DNA from: Octopus vulgaris
Lineage: Eukaryota
Reading direction: 5' to 3'
Length of the DNA stretch: 64,000 nucleotides
Assembly (NCBI GenBank): GCA_951406725.2
Contig: OX597817.1
Span: 21,204,001 to 21,268,000 of the forward strand
Under the pieces are notes generated by a model. That model saw only the letters and a list, made by a program, of their open reading frames with translations. It searched no databases and was not told the DNA's origin. The translations under genes were made by a program, and so were the position numbers. Shown one piece after another: positions 14,232 through 27,032 of the stretch; within the stretch, counting starts at the first letter, position 1, and each line of letters opens with the position of its first letter.

Positions 14232-14360
14232 AAGTGTGTATGTGAGCATGCACCTACGTATGTGCACGTGTGCGTATGAATAATATAAATACACTGAAAA
14301 GTACTATGCACAGAACGGTTAAGGTTTCTGTTAAATTTCCTTGAAGTTCATATATATATA

Positions 14361-14591
14361 TTTCTTTACAACCCACAAGGGGCTAAACACAGAGGAGACA
14401 AACAAGGACAGACAACCGGATTAAGTTGATTACATCTACCCCAGTGCGTAACTTGTACTTAATTCATCGACCCCGGAAGGATGAAAGGCAAATTCGACCT
14501 CGGCGGAATTTGAACTCGGAACGTAACGGCAGACGAAATACGGCAACGCATTTCGCCCGGCGTGCTAACGTTTCTGCTAGCTCGCCGCCTT
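14361..14591 (-). mobile_element. SINE family B, full-length, little diverged
   Basis: Minus strand reads aaggcggcgagctagcagaaacgttagc (A-box-like)...gagttcaaattcc (B-box-like)...gcctttcatccttccggggtcgat...gtgggttgtaaagaaa. More than 12 related copies in the window. Confidence 0.88.
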
Positions 14592-14899
14592 ATCATATAT
14601 ATATACACACTCATATTCACGAATAGACAAAGGCATATAGATGCAGACATGCATGTATCTATATGTGTTTGAGTGTTTGTGTGTGTTTGTGTATGTTAGT
14701 GTGTGTGTGTGTGTGCGCACGTATGTGCGTGCTTTTTGGGATGGGTGTGTGAGTGTGTGTGCGTGTGTGTGCGTGAGGGTGTGTGTGCTTATACGTGTAC
14801 TTGTTTGGGTGCGTGTGCTGTGTACGTGCGCGCGTGAGTGTGCGTTTGCGTATGTCTCGCAATAATATTAGCTTGTTCCTTGGTTATGTCAACGCCTGT

Positions 14900-15790
14900 A
14901 TCTCCTCATAATTCACCGGAGCTACTCCAGAATTAAAAGGATGCTTTATACATGACTGCATCGGACTGCAATGGACTCACTAACGTATTACTGAAGACTT
15001 TCATCTCATTTCTCAGCTCCTTTGATTCTTCCTTTAAATTCGCCTTTGGATCTGAAATGCCTACCAACGTTTTTAATATTTTTCAACCAATTGGACTGTA
15101 CTATGACCACCAACTGCCTTTTATAAACACCCTGATACCCATTCTAGTCTTCATTGTTTTCAGCCTCATCCACGCACACCAAATGAGCCATCCTTTTCTT
15201 TTAATTCCTATTTCCCCATCGCCTGTGCTTCTCTGAGTACGACTGTGAGACCCTGTGAAAAAATAATCACTATCTTCGTCCAATGAGAATACTCCACACC
15301 ATACATTCTCACTCTATACCAAGCCATCGCCACCCAATCCCATAATAGCAATCACACCTCAACCCTCTCCAGCGGAACAAACCCCACTCCTAAACTTATC
15401 TGATTGCTTCTTTTAACACCATGGCTTTATCTTGATCAAGCGTTAGCGGACCAAATCTCGGAACATCTTGGCAAACACCCAACTCTAAAACCACTTCTAG
15501 ATCTCTCGCTATTCTGTAAAGCCACGACTAGCACAACACGACATCTCAAAAACATTTTACCGTGTCTGGCTTGGTCTTATACATCCGCTAACTCCATGCA
15601 TTGCAGAGGGCAGCGCCTAGCTTTAATTCTCCAAACAAACACTTCCTTTTTGGCTTCAGTTACTAGCCATTCATCCATATTCCGTCCATCGATACATATA
15701 ACGTTAGCATACATGTGTGGTATATATGTCAATCCCTACAAGTCACACACAATCACAACAGCTAAGCATGCAATCGAGAACAAGACCTGA
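14900..15790 (+). mobile_element. Degraded Penelope-like retroelement (RT thumb to start of the GIY-YIG region)
   Basis: Translations LKTFISFLSSFDSSFKF, TAFYKHPDTHSSLH..PHP and HLKNIL..CRGQR resemble the PLE motifs F..LN..HP.LKFT, YYKPTDSHSYL..SSHP and the Cys-rich linker. Confidence 0.65.
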
Positions 15791-16099
15791 TTCCCTCACT
15801 AACTTCACAGCTGTTCACAAGAGCAACAGTAAGATGATACAGGAAATAACGAGTTATACATTCTTACAAAAGTAGATATCATCGACGAACTTCTGTCGAA
15901 AACTACCCATGACAGACAATAGAAACACATATTTGAAATTTCAAGAACATCAAGAAGACATTGAGCCCTTCAGATTAAAGCGGGACGAGATTGACTTTGG
16001 GATGGCCCTTCAATGAATCTATTTCTATAAACGAGTCAGCTGAATGAGCCGGCCTACTCAAAACCCACGTCTGGTGACTTCTCCCCCTCTTGTTTCTCT

Positions 16100-16900
16100 G
16101 ATAGATATAACTTTTCTCCGAATCGGGTGTGTGAAATGTTTGGGCTTGTGCCCTGATTGGAAGCAAGGTCACTTGCTCAACGACCTAATCTCGTTCGCTT
16201 TAGGTGTGACAGCAATTAGCGAGACAAGAATTCCTAATATACAAACAATAATAGCAATTTTCGACGACGGAGATATTCTTTTATCGTGGTCTGTCAGGAG
16301 CGGAAGGCAGGGTAGCAGTGCTATTCCGAAAATTCTTTTGTCTCAAAGTACAGGCAATCTTCATGCACTCAGACGGTAGGTTGTTGGTCTTGGACGTGAG
16401 TCGCAGCGAAGGTTGCGCATTTAAAGTGTTGACCGTTTACGCCTCGACAAGGCCTCTTTAAAATTTTATGGGAATGTCTCGCATTAGTAATTGGTAGGGA
16501 TTAGAACAATATTTTGGATGAACGATAAGAAAATATGGAGCAGCTATATGACAGAAGTGGATGCGAATGCCAGGAAAACCTGCTCAGACACTTCAAGCTG
16601 TCTGACAGGTACCGACTAGATTTTCCTGATGTACCGGTGCAGACATAGGGCAACCACAACAGGTCATCCAGATCATATCATATCTAGAATATTTGTTTGA
16701 TAAGCGATTTGAGATAGCGTGTCTAAAATTCAAATAAGTTGGCTACACTGATCATAACTTTGTGATCTGCACAGTCCATTTAAATAAGACATGTAGACAG
16801 GGACCTGTTTACTGTAAACTGAATCCATCTTCAACGACTCAAAAATGCTACAAGGATCACAATTGTAAACTAGTTAAGAGGCAGTTGACAGAGGTGTAGG
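16100..16900 (+). mobile_element. L1/Tx1-type LINE remnant: apurinic-like endonuclease domain
   Basis: LRIGCVKCLGL..KQGHLLNDL..VTAISETR (ORF 16044-16379), then DGRLLVLDV, a TDH motif and GPVYCKLN, in APE order with stops and frameshifts. More debris probably lies at ~17150-17640. Confidence 0.75.
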
Positions 16901-17749
16901 TATATGACGTACAATGATGTCGCAGGATTGGCGTACCAATTAAACTGTTCTAAATCTGGTTCGGTCCCGACCTTCAGGTGAAAAAAAATGAAACGAAGTA
17001 AAGAACAGGGCGGCTAGTCTTACGCCAGAAGTGGAATGATGAATGTCTTCATCGCCTCGGTCATCTTTTATCGCCTCTGTCATCATTTATCGCCTCACCG
17101 TCATTTCCTACCCTGGATACTGCTTGACAGTTTTGAGTGTCTTTTATTTAAATTCTTGTGGAAGGGGCGCATTCCAATGACCTTCTCTGAGTGACAGTTT
17201 AGCTATACCGTGGCTTTTGACACGAAAACACGTTCTTATGTTACGCACCGAGAACATTTTATGGAGGATGAAAGTGTGGGGGCTCCAATTGTGAGGCATG
17301 TATCTGCACAGCTCGGCTCTTTGAGTGAGAAGCAGCTCTGGGTGACGAAAAGACAGAGTGGGTTGTTGGTAATTAGAATGTTTTCAGGCGCTAACAGTTC
17401 TCTCTCAGTGGGGCAATGTGACATTCCACTTCAGGCATCCCCAGTTTTACAAGTTTCACTTGAAAAAGGAAGTGAGGATGGAGAAGCAGGTGTTGTTTCC
17501 GAGTGAATTCATTGAAAGATTGATGACAGTTAGAGAAATGGCAAGAGTGGATCTTACCGTTCTAAGATTAGACCAGTGACTCAGAAATCAGGAATTGCAA
17601 AAATAGTTACTTTTGGTGCTCGGGGAGATCTTGGACGGTGGGGTTCCTTCATTCGAGGTCAACATCATTATCACTCCCCCCTCTTTTTTATTACTGTTTC
17701 AGTCTACCGATGCTTCTCTTTGTTTTGTCGTGTACTCTGTATACTTGCT

Positions 17750-17767
17750 ATAATGATGATGATGAAG

Positions 17768-17820
<53 letters not shown>

Positions 17821-18065
17821 AATAATAATAATAATAATCATCATCTTTAGTATTATTATCATTATTAGGCAAGCCGGCAGAATAGGTAGCACGCCGAGCA
17901 AAATGCTTAGTTCTATTTGTTTGCCTTTATATTCTGAGTATAAATTCCTCCGTAGTCGACTTCGCATTTTATCTGTCGATAAAGTAAGTACCAGGTAAGC
18001 ACTAGGGTCGATGCAATCGACTGATTCCAATTCTCAAACTTTCTGGCCTTGTGCCAAAATTTGAA
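17750..18065 (+). mobile_element. (CAT)n/(AAT)n microsatellite followed by a degraded SINE family B copy
   Basis: Trinucleotide tract ~17750-17865, then ggcaagccggcagaataggtagcacgccgagc...gtcgataaagtaagtaccag. Confidence 0.75.
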
Positions 18066-19237
18066 ATAATTTTAATTATTTTGCTGTTGCTGTTTTGTTG
18101 TTATTGACAATGTACGTCAACGTAACGTTATAGATACTTGAAAAGACTACAGTCAACTGTCGTTCTTGTATTCGTTTCCGTTTCTAGATTAGCAAACCCT
18201 CAAAAAATATATCGAAGAAACAATCAAGTTATATGAAGAAACGCAACGTCATTATGAAAGCACGTTTTGAAATTACGTGAGAAATTAGACATATGAATAT
18301 TGCTAGAATTGATGAAAGATGTTTACCCTATGTACATATTGGTTCTCTTCTTGTTTTGCGTCTTGCTTAAAATGCGAAATACAAAACAATCATGCACCAT
18401 ATATGTTTATATACGAAATATATGTTTACCACTTTACGATTACTAGAATAACGCTGCATTTCAATAGTTCTTCGTTCCGTTGTTAAGCATCCGATAAAAT
18501 ATTGACATTTGAAATATGATAAAGCTAATAACCAAGGAACAACACGTAAATTATGCAGATACATAAAATACTGAAAAATGCACATATATATACATCCTCA
18601 CCAAAAATTGCTTCAAAAACATCTGTGTCGTCTTCAGATAGAAAAGTCATTTTTGAAATAGACAGTGAAAATTTTAATAAAATATGATATAAAGGATTTC
18701 ATTTGTGCGCAAATAGACGCCATTTAATGAATGAACTAATTAAGAATGGATAAATAATAGAAATCCGAAAACACATAATACATTACTAAAGCAGGATGTG
18801 ATAAGACAAGTACCAGACAGTGAAAGAAAAAGCATTGTATTAGCCAACGGAAAACGATATCTAAAATGAAGAAATCCAGAAAGAAATTATAAGAAAAAGA
18901 AAACTGCTTGATTGAAACAGGATTTGAAAAACGAAATGATAGAAGGAAACAACGAAACTGACCAATGAAATGATAGACCAGGCCATAAAATACTAGATGT
19001 GATGAAGAGAGACATAGACAATAAATTATTAATATTATAAACAGGATAAAGAAAACAGTGTCATAGAAAAAAGGGTGTGTTTGTCTGAATATGTATTAAG
19101 CCAATCCTAATAATGAAGAAGCGCAATTCTCACCGCAGCATGATACTCCAATAGTGAGAAGAATTCTGCCCCAAGAAACATAAAAAATCAATGTGTGAAC
19201 TTATTCATATTTCGTTGACAAAGTACTGCATTGCGAG

Positions 19238-19274
<37 letters not shown>

Positions 19275-19601
19275 AACAAACGCGTACACACACGCACTAA
19301 AACATATGTATATACACAGTGAGAGAGAGACAGAGATATGTTGACTGACGTATAAATGCCTGTGCATATATACATAAATGCATATATAGATACATATCCG
19401 TGTTCTTTTTCAATTCATTATGATGTGTGGTTTGTGCCTGATGATTATGTTACATATATATGGAATTATGAATATATGTGAAAATATTAGTAGCAATTAA
19501 AATCATACATACTTACATATATATATATACATACATATATATATATATGGACTTGCTTTGCAAGATTCTTTATGTGAGTTCAAGTGTTGAAGCATATTCT
19601 G

Positions 19602-19818
19602 TTGTGTCTGGGGAGAGTTATTTTATTTTTGTGCCTTATAATTTAACACACTTACCGGTAAAATTTCCACTTATTTTTGAATAGTCTTGACAATTGAAAA
19701 GTTTGAAAGACGTAACGAATATTTTAGGGAAAAAAGAAATAAGAAATAAGTGGAAATTTTAACAGTGAGTGTGTTAAATTAGAAGGCAAGAAGAGAAAAT
19801 GACTCTCCCCAGACACAA
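19602..19818. repeat. Imperfect inverted repeat, ~75-bp arms with ~67-bp spacer
   Basis: ttgtgtctggggagagt...aaaatttccacttattt (19602-19676) pairs with aaataagtggaaatttt...actctccccagacacaa (19744-19818). Confidence 0.85.
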
Positions 19819-19911
<93 letters not shown>

Positions 19912-19916
<5 letters not shown>

Positions 19917-20112
19917 TAATCGAAACAAGAAAACAAAAAAGACAACAACGCGAGGATTTGGAACAATTAAAGTATTATTAGGCGCTCAGGAAAAAATGGA
20001 AGAAGGAGGGTATGACGTTTCGAGCGGAGCTCTTCGTCGGAAACATAGGAGAAAGAAAGATCCCGAGGTGGAAGGACAGAGGGGAAAAAAATGCAAGTGG
20101 TCTTCACGAGGT

Positions 20113-20117
<5 letters not shown>
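19912..20117 (-). mobile_element. Solo Penelope-type pseudo-LTR with a mutated hammerhead ribozyme
   Basis: Reverse-complement homologue of ~51405-51625; contains gtttCCGACGAagagctccgctcGAAAcgtc (20044-20010). Flanked by (TA)n. Confidence 0.75.
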
Positions 20118-20158
<41 letters not shown>

Positions 20159-20159
20159 C

Positions 20160-20545
20160 GTGGGTGTGTGGCATAAAGCTTGTTTTAAACCAGTAATCCA
20201 GGTTTATTCCACTTGAGTGGAATATTGGGCAAGTGTCTTCTAGTGACGCCTCTGTCCGACCAAAGACTTGTGAGCGGATTTCCTAGACGGAAACTGAAAG
20301 ATACTCGTTGTGTGCTTGTGGGTATGTGTGTGCCTGTGTGTGGGGGTGCGTGTGAGTGTTTGTAGTCCCAACAATTGATACCCAGTGTTAGCATGTTTAC
20401 GTCCTCGTAGCTTAGCACTTCTGCAAAAGAGACAGGTAGAGTAATTGCTATACTTAAAACATGTTTTGGGATTGATATATTGTACTACTGCCCTTCAAGG
20501 CGGTACCCCAGCATGGCCCCGGTAAAATTACTGGAAGAAATTAAA
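20160..20545 (+). mobile_element. Degraded SINE family A copy
   Basis: ttgggcaagtgtcttcta...ccgaccaaagacttgtgagcggattt...agacggaaactgaaaga...ggcggtaccccagcatggcc. Confidence 0.8.
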
Positions 20546-21061
20546 CCAAAGCAGCTGTTTAAAATTGGTGTAGTCTTCCGCTATGTGGATCCTGTTGAAC
20601 CATCTACACCAAGCCCTCACGGAAAATGGATCTTAAATAATGATGATCATCATCATCATGGTGTGTGTGTGTGCGTACGTTAGCGCGCGCGTATGAGTCT
20701 TTACATTTGTTTATATGTGTGTGGGGGGGGTAGGAGAGTGTGTATATGTATGTGGATTGGAGTAGGAACTTGTGTAGATGTGTTTGTGTGGACAGGAGCA
20801 TGTGTATGTTTGTGTTTGTCATTTTATTGCGTGCTTGATGCAAATGTATGTCAGTCTTTTCGAGTACTTAGCAAAATATGTCTGGTCATTGGGAAATATT
20901 ATCTTGCTTAGAAACAGGTAAAATTTGACAATAGGAAGGGCACGCAGCTGTAGAAAATCTGCTTCAATGAATTCTGTTCGTCACAAGTAATGATGGAAAA
21001 CTGGACATTGAAACAAATATGCACACACACGCACTCATATACACACACACACACACACATC

Positions 21062-21397
21062 CAGGGTCCCACTTCGGACATCAATTACCATGGGATTGCA
21101 CCTAGAAAGTTGCTCTCCAATGCACAAGTCCGAGCAAGGTTATTTACGGAAGACCAGTAGTCGCCCTTACGTACCAGCCTCCCCTCTCCACGCCACCGAT
21201 GTTATTCAAGGGAAAGGCAACGGCCGACACAGCTTGGTATCAGTGACGCCGCAACTCCTTTCTACAGCTGAGTAAACTGGAGCAACAAGAAAGCAAAGTG
21301 TTTTGCTCAAAAACACAACACGCAGCCCGGTCCAGGTTTCGAACCCACAACATCACGGTCGTAAGTTCGACGCCCTAATCACTGAACCAGGCGCCTT
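21062..21397 (-). mobile_element. tRNA-derived SINE family C
   Basis: Minus strand: ggcgcctggttcagtgattaggg (A-box-like), gggttcgaaacc (B box), then a CORE-like gtgttgtgtttttgagcaaaacactt...ccagtttactcagctgta. Confidence 0.75.
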
Positions 21398-21609
21398 TGA
21401 ACACAAACATACACACAAACACACATTCGCACGCACAAACACTCACATGCACGCACGCCCACATACACATTGTTTAATTTATTGATTAACAGTCTTCATT
21501 AAATCGTGGGTGGGTGTGGAAATGTGTTTCCGTGGTTGTGGTTTTCTGAGTGAACGAGTGAGTGAGTGAGTGAACAACTAACTTAATATGAGTATGAGAT
21601 TAGTCATAG

Positions 21610-21960
21610 TTTTTGTTATTATTATATTTTACTTTTAATGCGCATGTTTATTACAGTCACATGCCAAGACACACCTTGTGTCCTAGGGCGAGTGAAGGAT
21701 AAGAGAGGCTACAGTTTTACTGAAAACTTCGGGAGGAAACAGTAACGAAATATCTTTATGTAATGCAACACAGACATTTATATGGATAAGGTCTTTGTAA
21801 GGATGTGGGCAGTACATGTCAGCACAATCTCTTTGATTTCTGTGAGACATGGTTCTCCTGGGAAATTATCTAAATGTTTCTGACATCTGTTTTTTATCAT
21901 ACCTAGGGCACCTAAAATAACTAGAACATTTCTCACTTTAAGATGCCAGATCTTTGTGTT
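21610..21960 (-). mobile_element. 3' end of a Dong/R4-type LINE
   Basis: Minus translation KIWHLKVRNVLVILGALGMIK...EIVLTCTAHILTKTLSI* parallels the ORF end at 63341-63580; followed by 3' UTR and a taa-type tail. Confidence 0.8.
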
Positions 21961-22029
21961 ACAATTATTATTGTTGTTTTTGTTGTTGTTGTTGTTATTA
22001 TTATTAATCTATGAGACAGATTAAATAGA

Positions 22030-22930
22030 TTAACACATGACGTAGCTGATGGTTATTTATTTATCTAGATAAGTCGATGCATACACCATCTAGCATCTTT
22101 CACTCTTCTTGTGACTTGTCAGTGACGAAAAGCCTATTGTTATACGCCAAGCGAAAATCTGTCTCTCCCGATATACTGCTAACGCTGAATAATACGTTCA
22201 CTAAGATTACAGAAATCTTGCCCGGCTAAGATAAATACGATGTACGAAATCAAAGCAGCATTAAATAATAAACGTCATCTGTGTAACATACTTAACGTAA
22301 CTACAACATTGATAGGCCTGAAGTTAGTATAGATTGGCGCCTATAGTCAGTAGGTAAAATATAAGTAGATATTAGAATGTTCTGATAGATTGAAGATATA
22401 CAGGTAACTAGGTTGCTAGAGAAAATAAAAGGTATAGACTGATACAAATTGTTTGACACAAACATTCCAGCAAAAAAAAATATTATACATGCTCAGATAT
22501 ACATGTCCCATGCGTCCCCATATCTGCATGCTGGTGTACGTGTGTGTGTGTGTCTGCGTGTGTGCCTGTGTGTATGCGTGTGTGTGCGTGCGCGCATTTT
22601 GATAGCCAGCCAGATATATAGATACGGATCGGCGCAAACTTTTAAGTGTAAGAGGCAGAAAGAGAGAGAAAGAGAAAAAGAGAGAGAAAGTGAATGAGAG
22701 AAGATAAATCTCTGTCAAATATCATCTCCTTTGCATTCTTGGGTACATCTTTTCTCAAATGGTTCCAGATTGTCACAAGGCACTTTTCCCCTTTCTCTTG
22801 AAAATACCAGATTTCGGAGCAGTAAACCCCAATGAACTTCACTTGATTTCATTTGAGACATATTATGAACATTAATGAATTCATGTGTTTTGTGTTTATT
22901 ATTTATAACTATACCACTGGCCACTCCGAG
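22030..22930 (-). pseudogene. Possible L-protein N-terminal (PA-like core) EVE fragment, split by a microsatellite
   Basis: FIGVYCSEIWYFQEKGEKCLVTIW (22842-22770), then SSIYQNILISTYILPTD (~22400-22345), which echoes FQTIRYFRNIYLSLPSD in EVE-1. Short and by eye only. Confidence 0.35.
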
Positions 22931-23046
22931 TCACTTCTTTTTGTTCATTTCCATTCACACACACGCACAAGTACACACACTCACTCACTCTCACGTACAC
23001 ACATATACACATATATATTTATGTGTGTATAGACATATGTATGCAC

Positions 23047-23359
23047 ATCACCGTGATCACCGTGACCGACCATGCTATCAGATGTTGCTACACATCGCTG
23101 GTCACAATGCGTTTCGCATTGTTTTAGCCTTTAAATGACGCCACCCCGCTGGCTAATCGAGCAGGCCAACAGAAGAAAGAGTAAGAGAAGGTTGTGGCGG
23201 AAGAGTACAGCAGGGATCGCCACAACCCCCTGCTGGAGTCTCGTGGAGCTTTAGGCGTTTTCGCTCAATAAACACTCACAACGCCCGGTCTGGGAATCGA
23301 AACCGCGATCCTACGACCACGAGTCCGCTGCTATAACCACTGGGCCATAGCGCCTCCAC
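23047..23359 (-). mobile_element. tRNA-derived SINE family D
   Basis: Minus strand: A box TGGCCCAGTGG, B box GGTTTCGATTCC, 3' tail (TCACGGTGA)2. Confidence 0.82.
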
Positions 23360-24304
23360 ATGTATGCACGTACACATTTATAAATGCATACATTTTAAAA
23401 CATACACACATATATTTTCCTACATACATATGTGCATGCATGTGCATGCGTGTGTGCTTACATATATTTCTATACAACCCGGCAATGATGTATATTACCG
23501 GAGGATGAAAATATTAGCCAGAAAAATCAATAAAACGGTGTTTTAGAACAAAATTACTTCGCAGAATGTTTTCCGATCAATTTGCGCAGACAATCCGTTG
23601 CAGCTCGCGCCAAGTTTAGTCAGCTGCAATAGCTTTAGTGAAAACCTATAACCAATGATGTTATTGTCTAAAATATGTCGTATCTCTTATTATATATATT
23701 ATAAAAAATAAAGTAAACTTAAAGGTTGAGAAATGAAGACATCAGGGATCTTTGATAGAGACTGGGATGTAAACTTTTTGTCCGATTAGATTAACGAAGG
23801 CTGATAGGAAAATAGGGGTGGTGCAGAAAAGCTCCTGTCTTCAAGGGTATCGTGAAAGGCCTGGTTCGAGGCTCAACCTTCCCAGTTCTTTTACAGAGTT
23901 TAGAAAAAAACTAAAAGAATAGCTACAATAAATGTGAATCTGAGAGGAGAATAAGTTGAATAAAATCATAAGTTACATGATCTTCCTGTATTTTCTTTTA
24001 CCCAAAGCCAGGAGCCTTTCAGCAACCCCCTCGTAAAACAAACAGGGGTAATTACATATTACTAAGTACTGAAAGGTAAAGAGTAATTAGGAAAAGCATT
24101 GTGGCAATTATCAGCAAGGAAACAATCGACACATATGATCTTATGTAAATTTACCATTGCTTATCTGTGCAAAAGATTCAATCTAGTTTCCCATTTCAAG
24201 TTACTTCACCATATTCTGAAAACGATTCCATATTAAACAAACCCCAAACAGTTAATTTATAGCTCGGGATATTCTAAATCTGCTTTCATATAACCTTGAA
24301 ACGT

Positions 24305-24364
<60 letters not shown>

Positions 24365-24638
24365 CACCACCACCACCACCGCTACCACCACCGCTACCAC
24401 CACCACTACCACCACCACCACCACCATTACTACTACTTCTACTACAGCACCCCCACCGCCACTACTACTAACACTACTACTACTAGAGATACTATTACTT
24501 CTACTACACCACCTCCACCATCACTACTACTACTACTAGAGATAAGATATTTTAAGAGTAGTTATAATAGTATTGGGGGTGGGATGGGAGTAGAGGTGGA
24601 GGTGGTGACGGTATTATTATTATTATTATTATTATTAT

Positions 24639-24685
<47 letters not shown>
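24305..24685. repeat. Compound (TAC)/(CAC)/(ATT)/(GTA) trinucleotide microsatellite
   Basis: Directly visible; explains the poly-Y/H/L/V ORF 24296-24751. Confidence 0.92.
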
Positions 24686-25203
24686 ATTAACGTCTGTCTA
24701 CCAGCCAAGGATTATTTGAAATCGATTTCATCAATCGTCCCGGTAAAATAAACACGGTTTTGAGTTACCGGGAGGTAATTCGAAGTGGAGATAATCTGAA
24801 AGAACACCTTCGAGTTCACACAACAAAAACTGTCAGACAGACAGTTTTAGTCACAATATGTCGTATGCTCTAGACAAAAATTGAATGGGTCACATTGCGA
24901 CGACAGACATAGCTCGTAGACAAATATACATAGATCTTTAGATCTGATAAAATAGTCTCTATTTTTCCCTCTCTCTCGTTCTCTTTATCACTCTGTCTAT
25001 CTATATCTATGTGTGTGTATACATGTTTATATGTGTGCATGTGTGTATGTGTGTATATATATAAGTGTATGTGTGTGTGAGTGTGTATACGTATATACAG
25101 TTTTTGTATTTCATGTATTATTTAATATAATTTATATATTGATCTGTCTAATTTGCTTATCCCTGCATTTGCTTCAATGTATGTATATACATATATATAT
25201 ATG

Positions 25204-25245
<42 letters not shown>

Positions 25246-25438
25246 CACATATATGTATATATATATACATATATATATATGTGTGTGTAAATATATATAT
25301 ATATATATATATATTGATAAAAATGGTAAGACAACAAAAAAAATTAAAGACATCGATATTATGTAAATAGAGGAATTTATCTGTAAATGTAATATGTGAC
25401 AATTATATACATACATACATACATGTATATCTATATAT

Positions 25439-25492
<54 letters not shown>

Positions 25493-25643
25493 GTATGTAT
25501 ATTATGTATATATGTATGTATATATACTCCCATATTCCCATATAATCATACACGTCTGTTTAAAATTCTAACAACTATCGAGCTATCCTGTGTGTGCGTA
25601 TGCGCAAGTGCGTGTGTGTGTGTGCGTGTGTGTATGTGTGAGT

Positions 25644-25680
<37 letters not shown>

Positions 25681-26504
25681 TGTGTGTGGTTGTATCAAGA
25701 CGTGTAACACTGATTCAACGAAAACAGATTGATAAAATTAATATCAGGATCAAATAAGTACTGTGTTCGAAGTGACACCTTTAGTCTCTACTCCAGCATG
25801 GCCACAAACGAATGGCTGCGCTCGAGCGTGTATATACGTGCGTATTTATGTGCGCGTGTATATAAGTGAACGTATAAACTGATACAAACATCGAGAAAGG
25901 ATGAGAGACTTTGTAGAAATGGAAAGGCTCAGTAAGAAAAGATTGTGGTAATGTTTAGTTGGGGAATTATACAGGCAGCTAGTGTATGCATGAGGGCCGA
26001 ATTCAGAATTCTTTGTTTAGCGATTTCTCACCATAACCACCACCACCATTACATGAAAATAGCAAACCGAAGTTAAACTACGTGACGTCGTGTCCTTATC
26101 AAAGAAGAAAGGAAGAATGCTTCAGAGAAACCTCCCGCTTCCATAACTACCGCCACCGTCACACGAAATATTAACGCTAGCAGCATTTGAATGAACGGTA
26201 GCAGCAGTAATAATATGAACACCCACAATAACAACATCCACAAGTCAACTATTGAGCTTCTACGTAGCAGCTCGACTCGCTAGATATAACAGCTAAACGA
26301 ACCCACCTGAAATAAAGAACATAATGGATATTGATAATCATAGGTAGTTATAAACAAAATAAGAAAAAAATAGGAGGAAAACAAGACTGATACGACTCGA
26401 AGTTTTTCGAACATAGCTTTGCTTGATCAGAAATGACTTAAGGTTAAACACCAGCAGCGATTCCATCATCATCACCTCCAACACAAACAATTACAATAAT
26501 TGTT

Positions 26505-26997
26505 TCTGATTTAGGCACAACACCAGCAAATTATGAAGGAAGGTGGGTAATTGACATCATCGATCACACGGCTTAACTTGTACATTATTTTGTCGACCTC
26601 GAAAGGATTAAAGAAAATTCATCATTAGCGGAATTTGAACACAGTACAAGACAAAAAAAAAAAAAAAAAAAAGGAACTGGAGCAAATAGCGTAATGCAGC
26701 ACTTTCCGACATTTCAACGACTCTGGCAAACCAGTGCCATTTATTAGAGGTTGAACCAACATTTACATTAAGGGATTTGATTAGTGATCACGTATGCAGT
26801 GTGACGGGCGGTACAGAAGTCAAAATATAACGAAAATCAACGTACAAGAAACAGGGTGAGCTATGCTTATTGAATTCGATAACAATAACTGCTTAATTGT
26901 TGGCACAATAATTTTCGTAGGAAGGCTTTTGCCTACTGAATACAGACCCGTTCTGGACTGGTACTTCATTTTAGCAATCCTGAGATGTCGCCTTATC

Positions 26998-27032
<35 letters not shown>

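Noticed and set aside
17047-17105. Short tandem repeats (three ~19-bp copies here; 16-bp x3 at ~35104-35151; ~23-bp x2 at ~10718-10762) as CRISPR-like arrays
   Set aside because: No unique spacers, only 2-3 copies, eukaryotic context; ordinary local duplications.
18050-19230. Purine-rich plus-strand stretch that looks coding
   Set aside because: Many stops in the frames I read and no recognisable motif; cannot assign it.
23280-23359. tRNA gene-like sequence (also 904-975 and 21320-21397)
   Set aside because: A/B boxes continue into SINE bodies with tails and no clean cloverleaf is evident; these are SINE heads.
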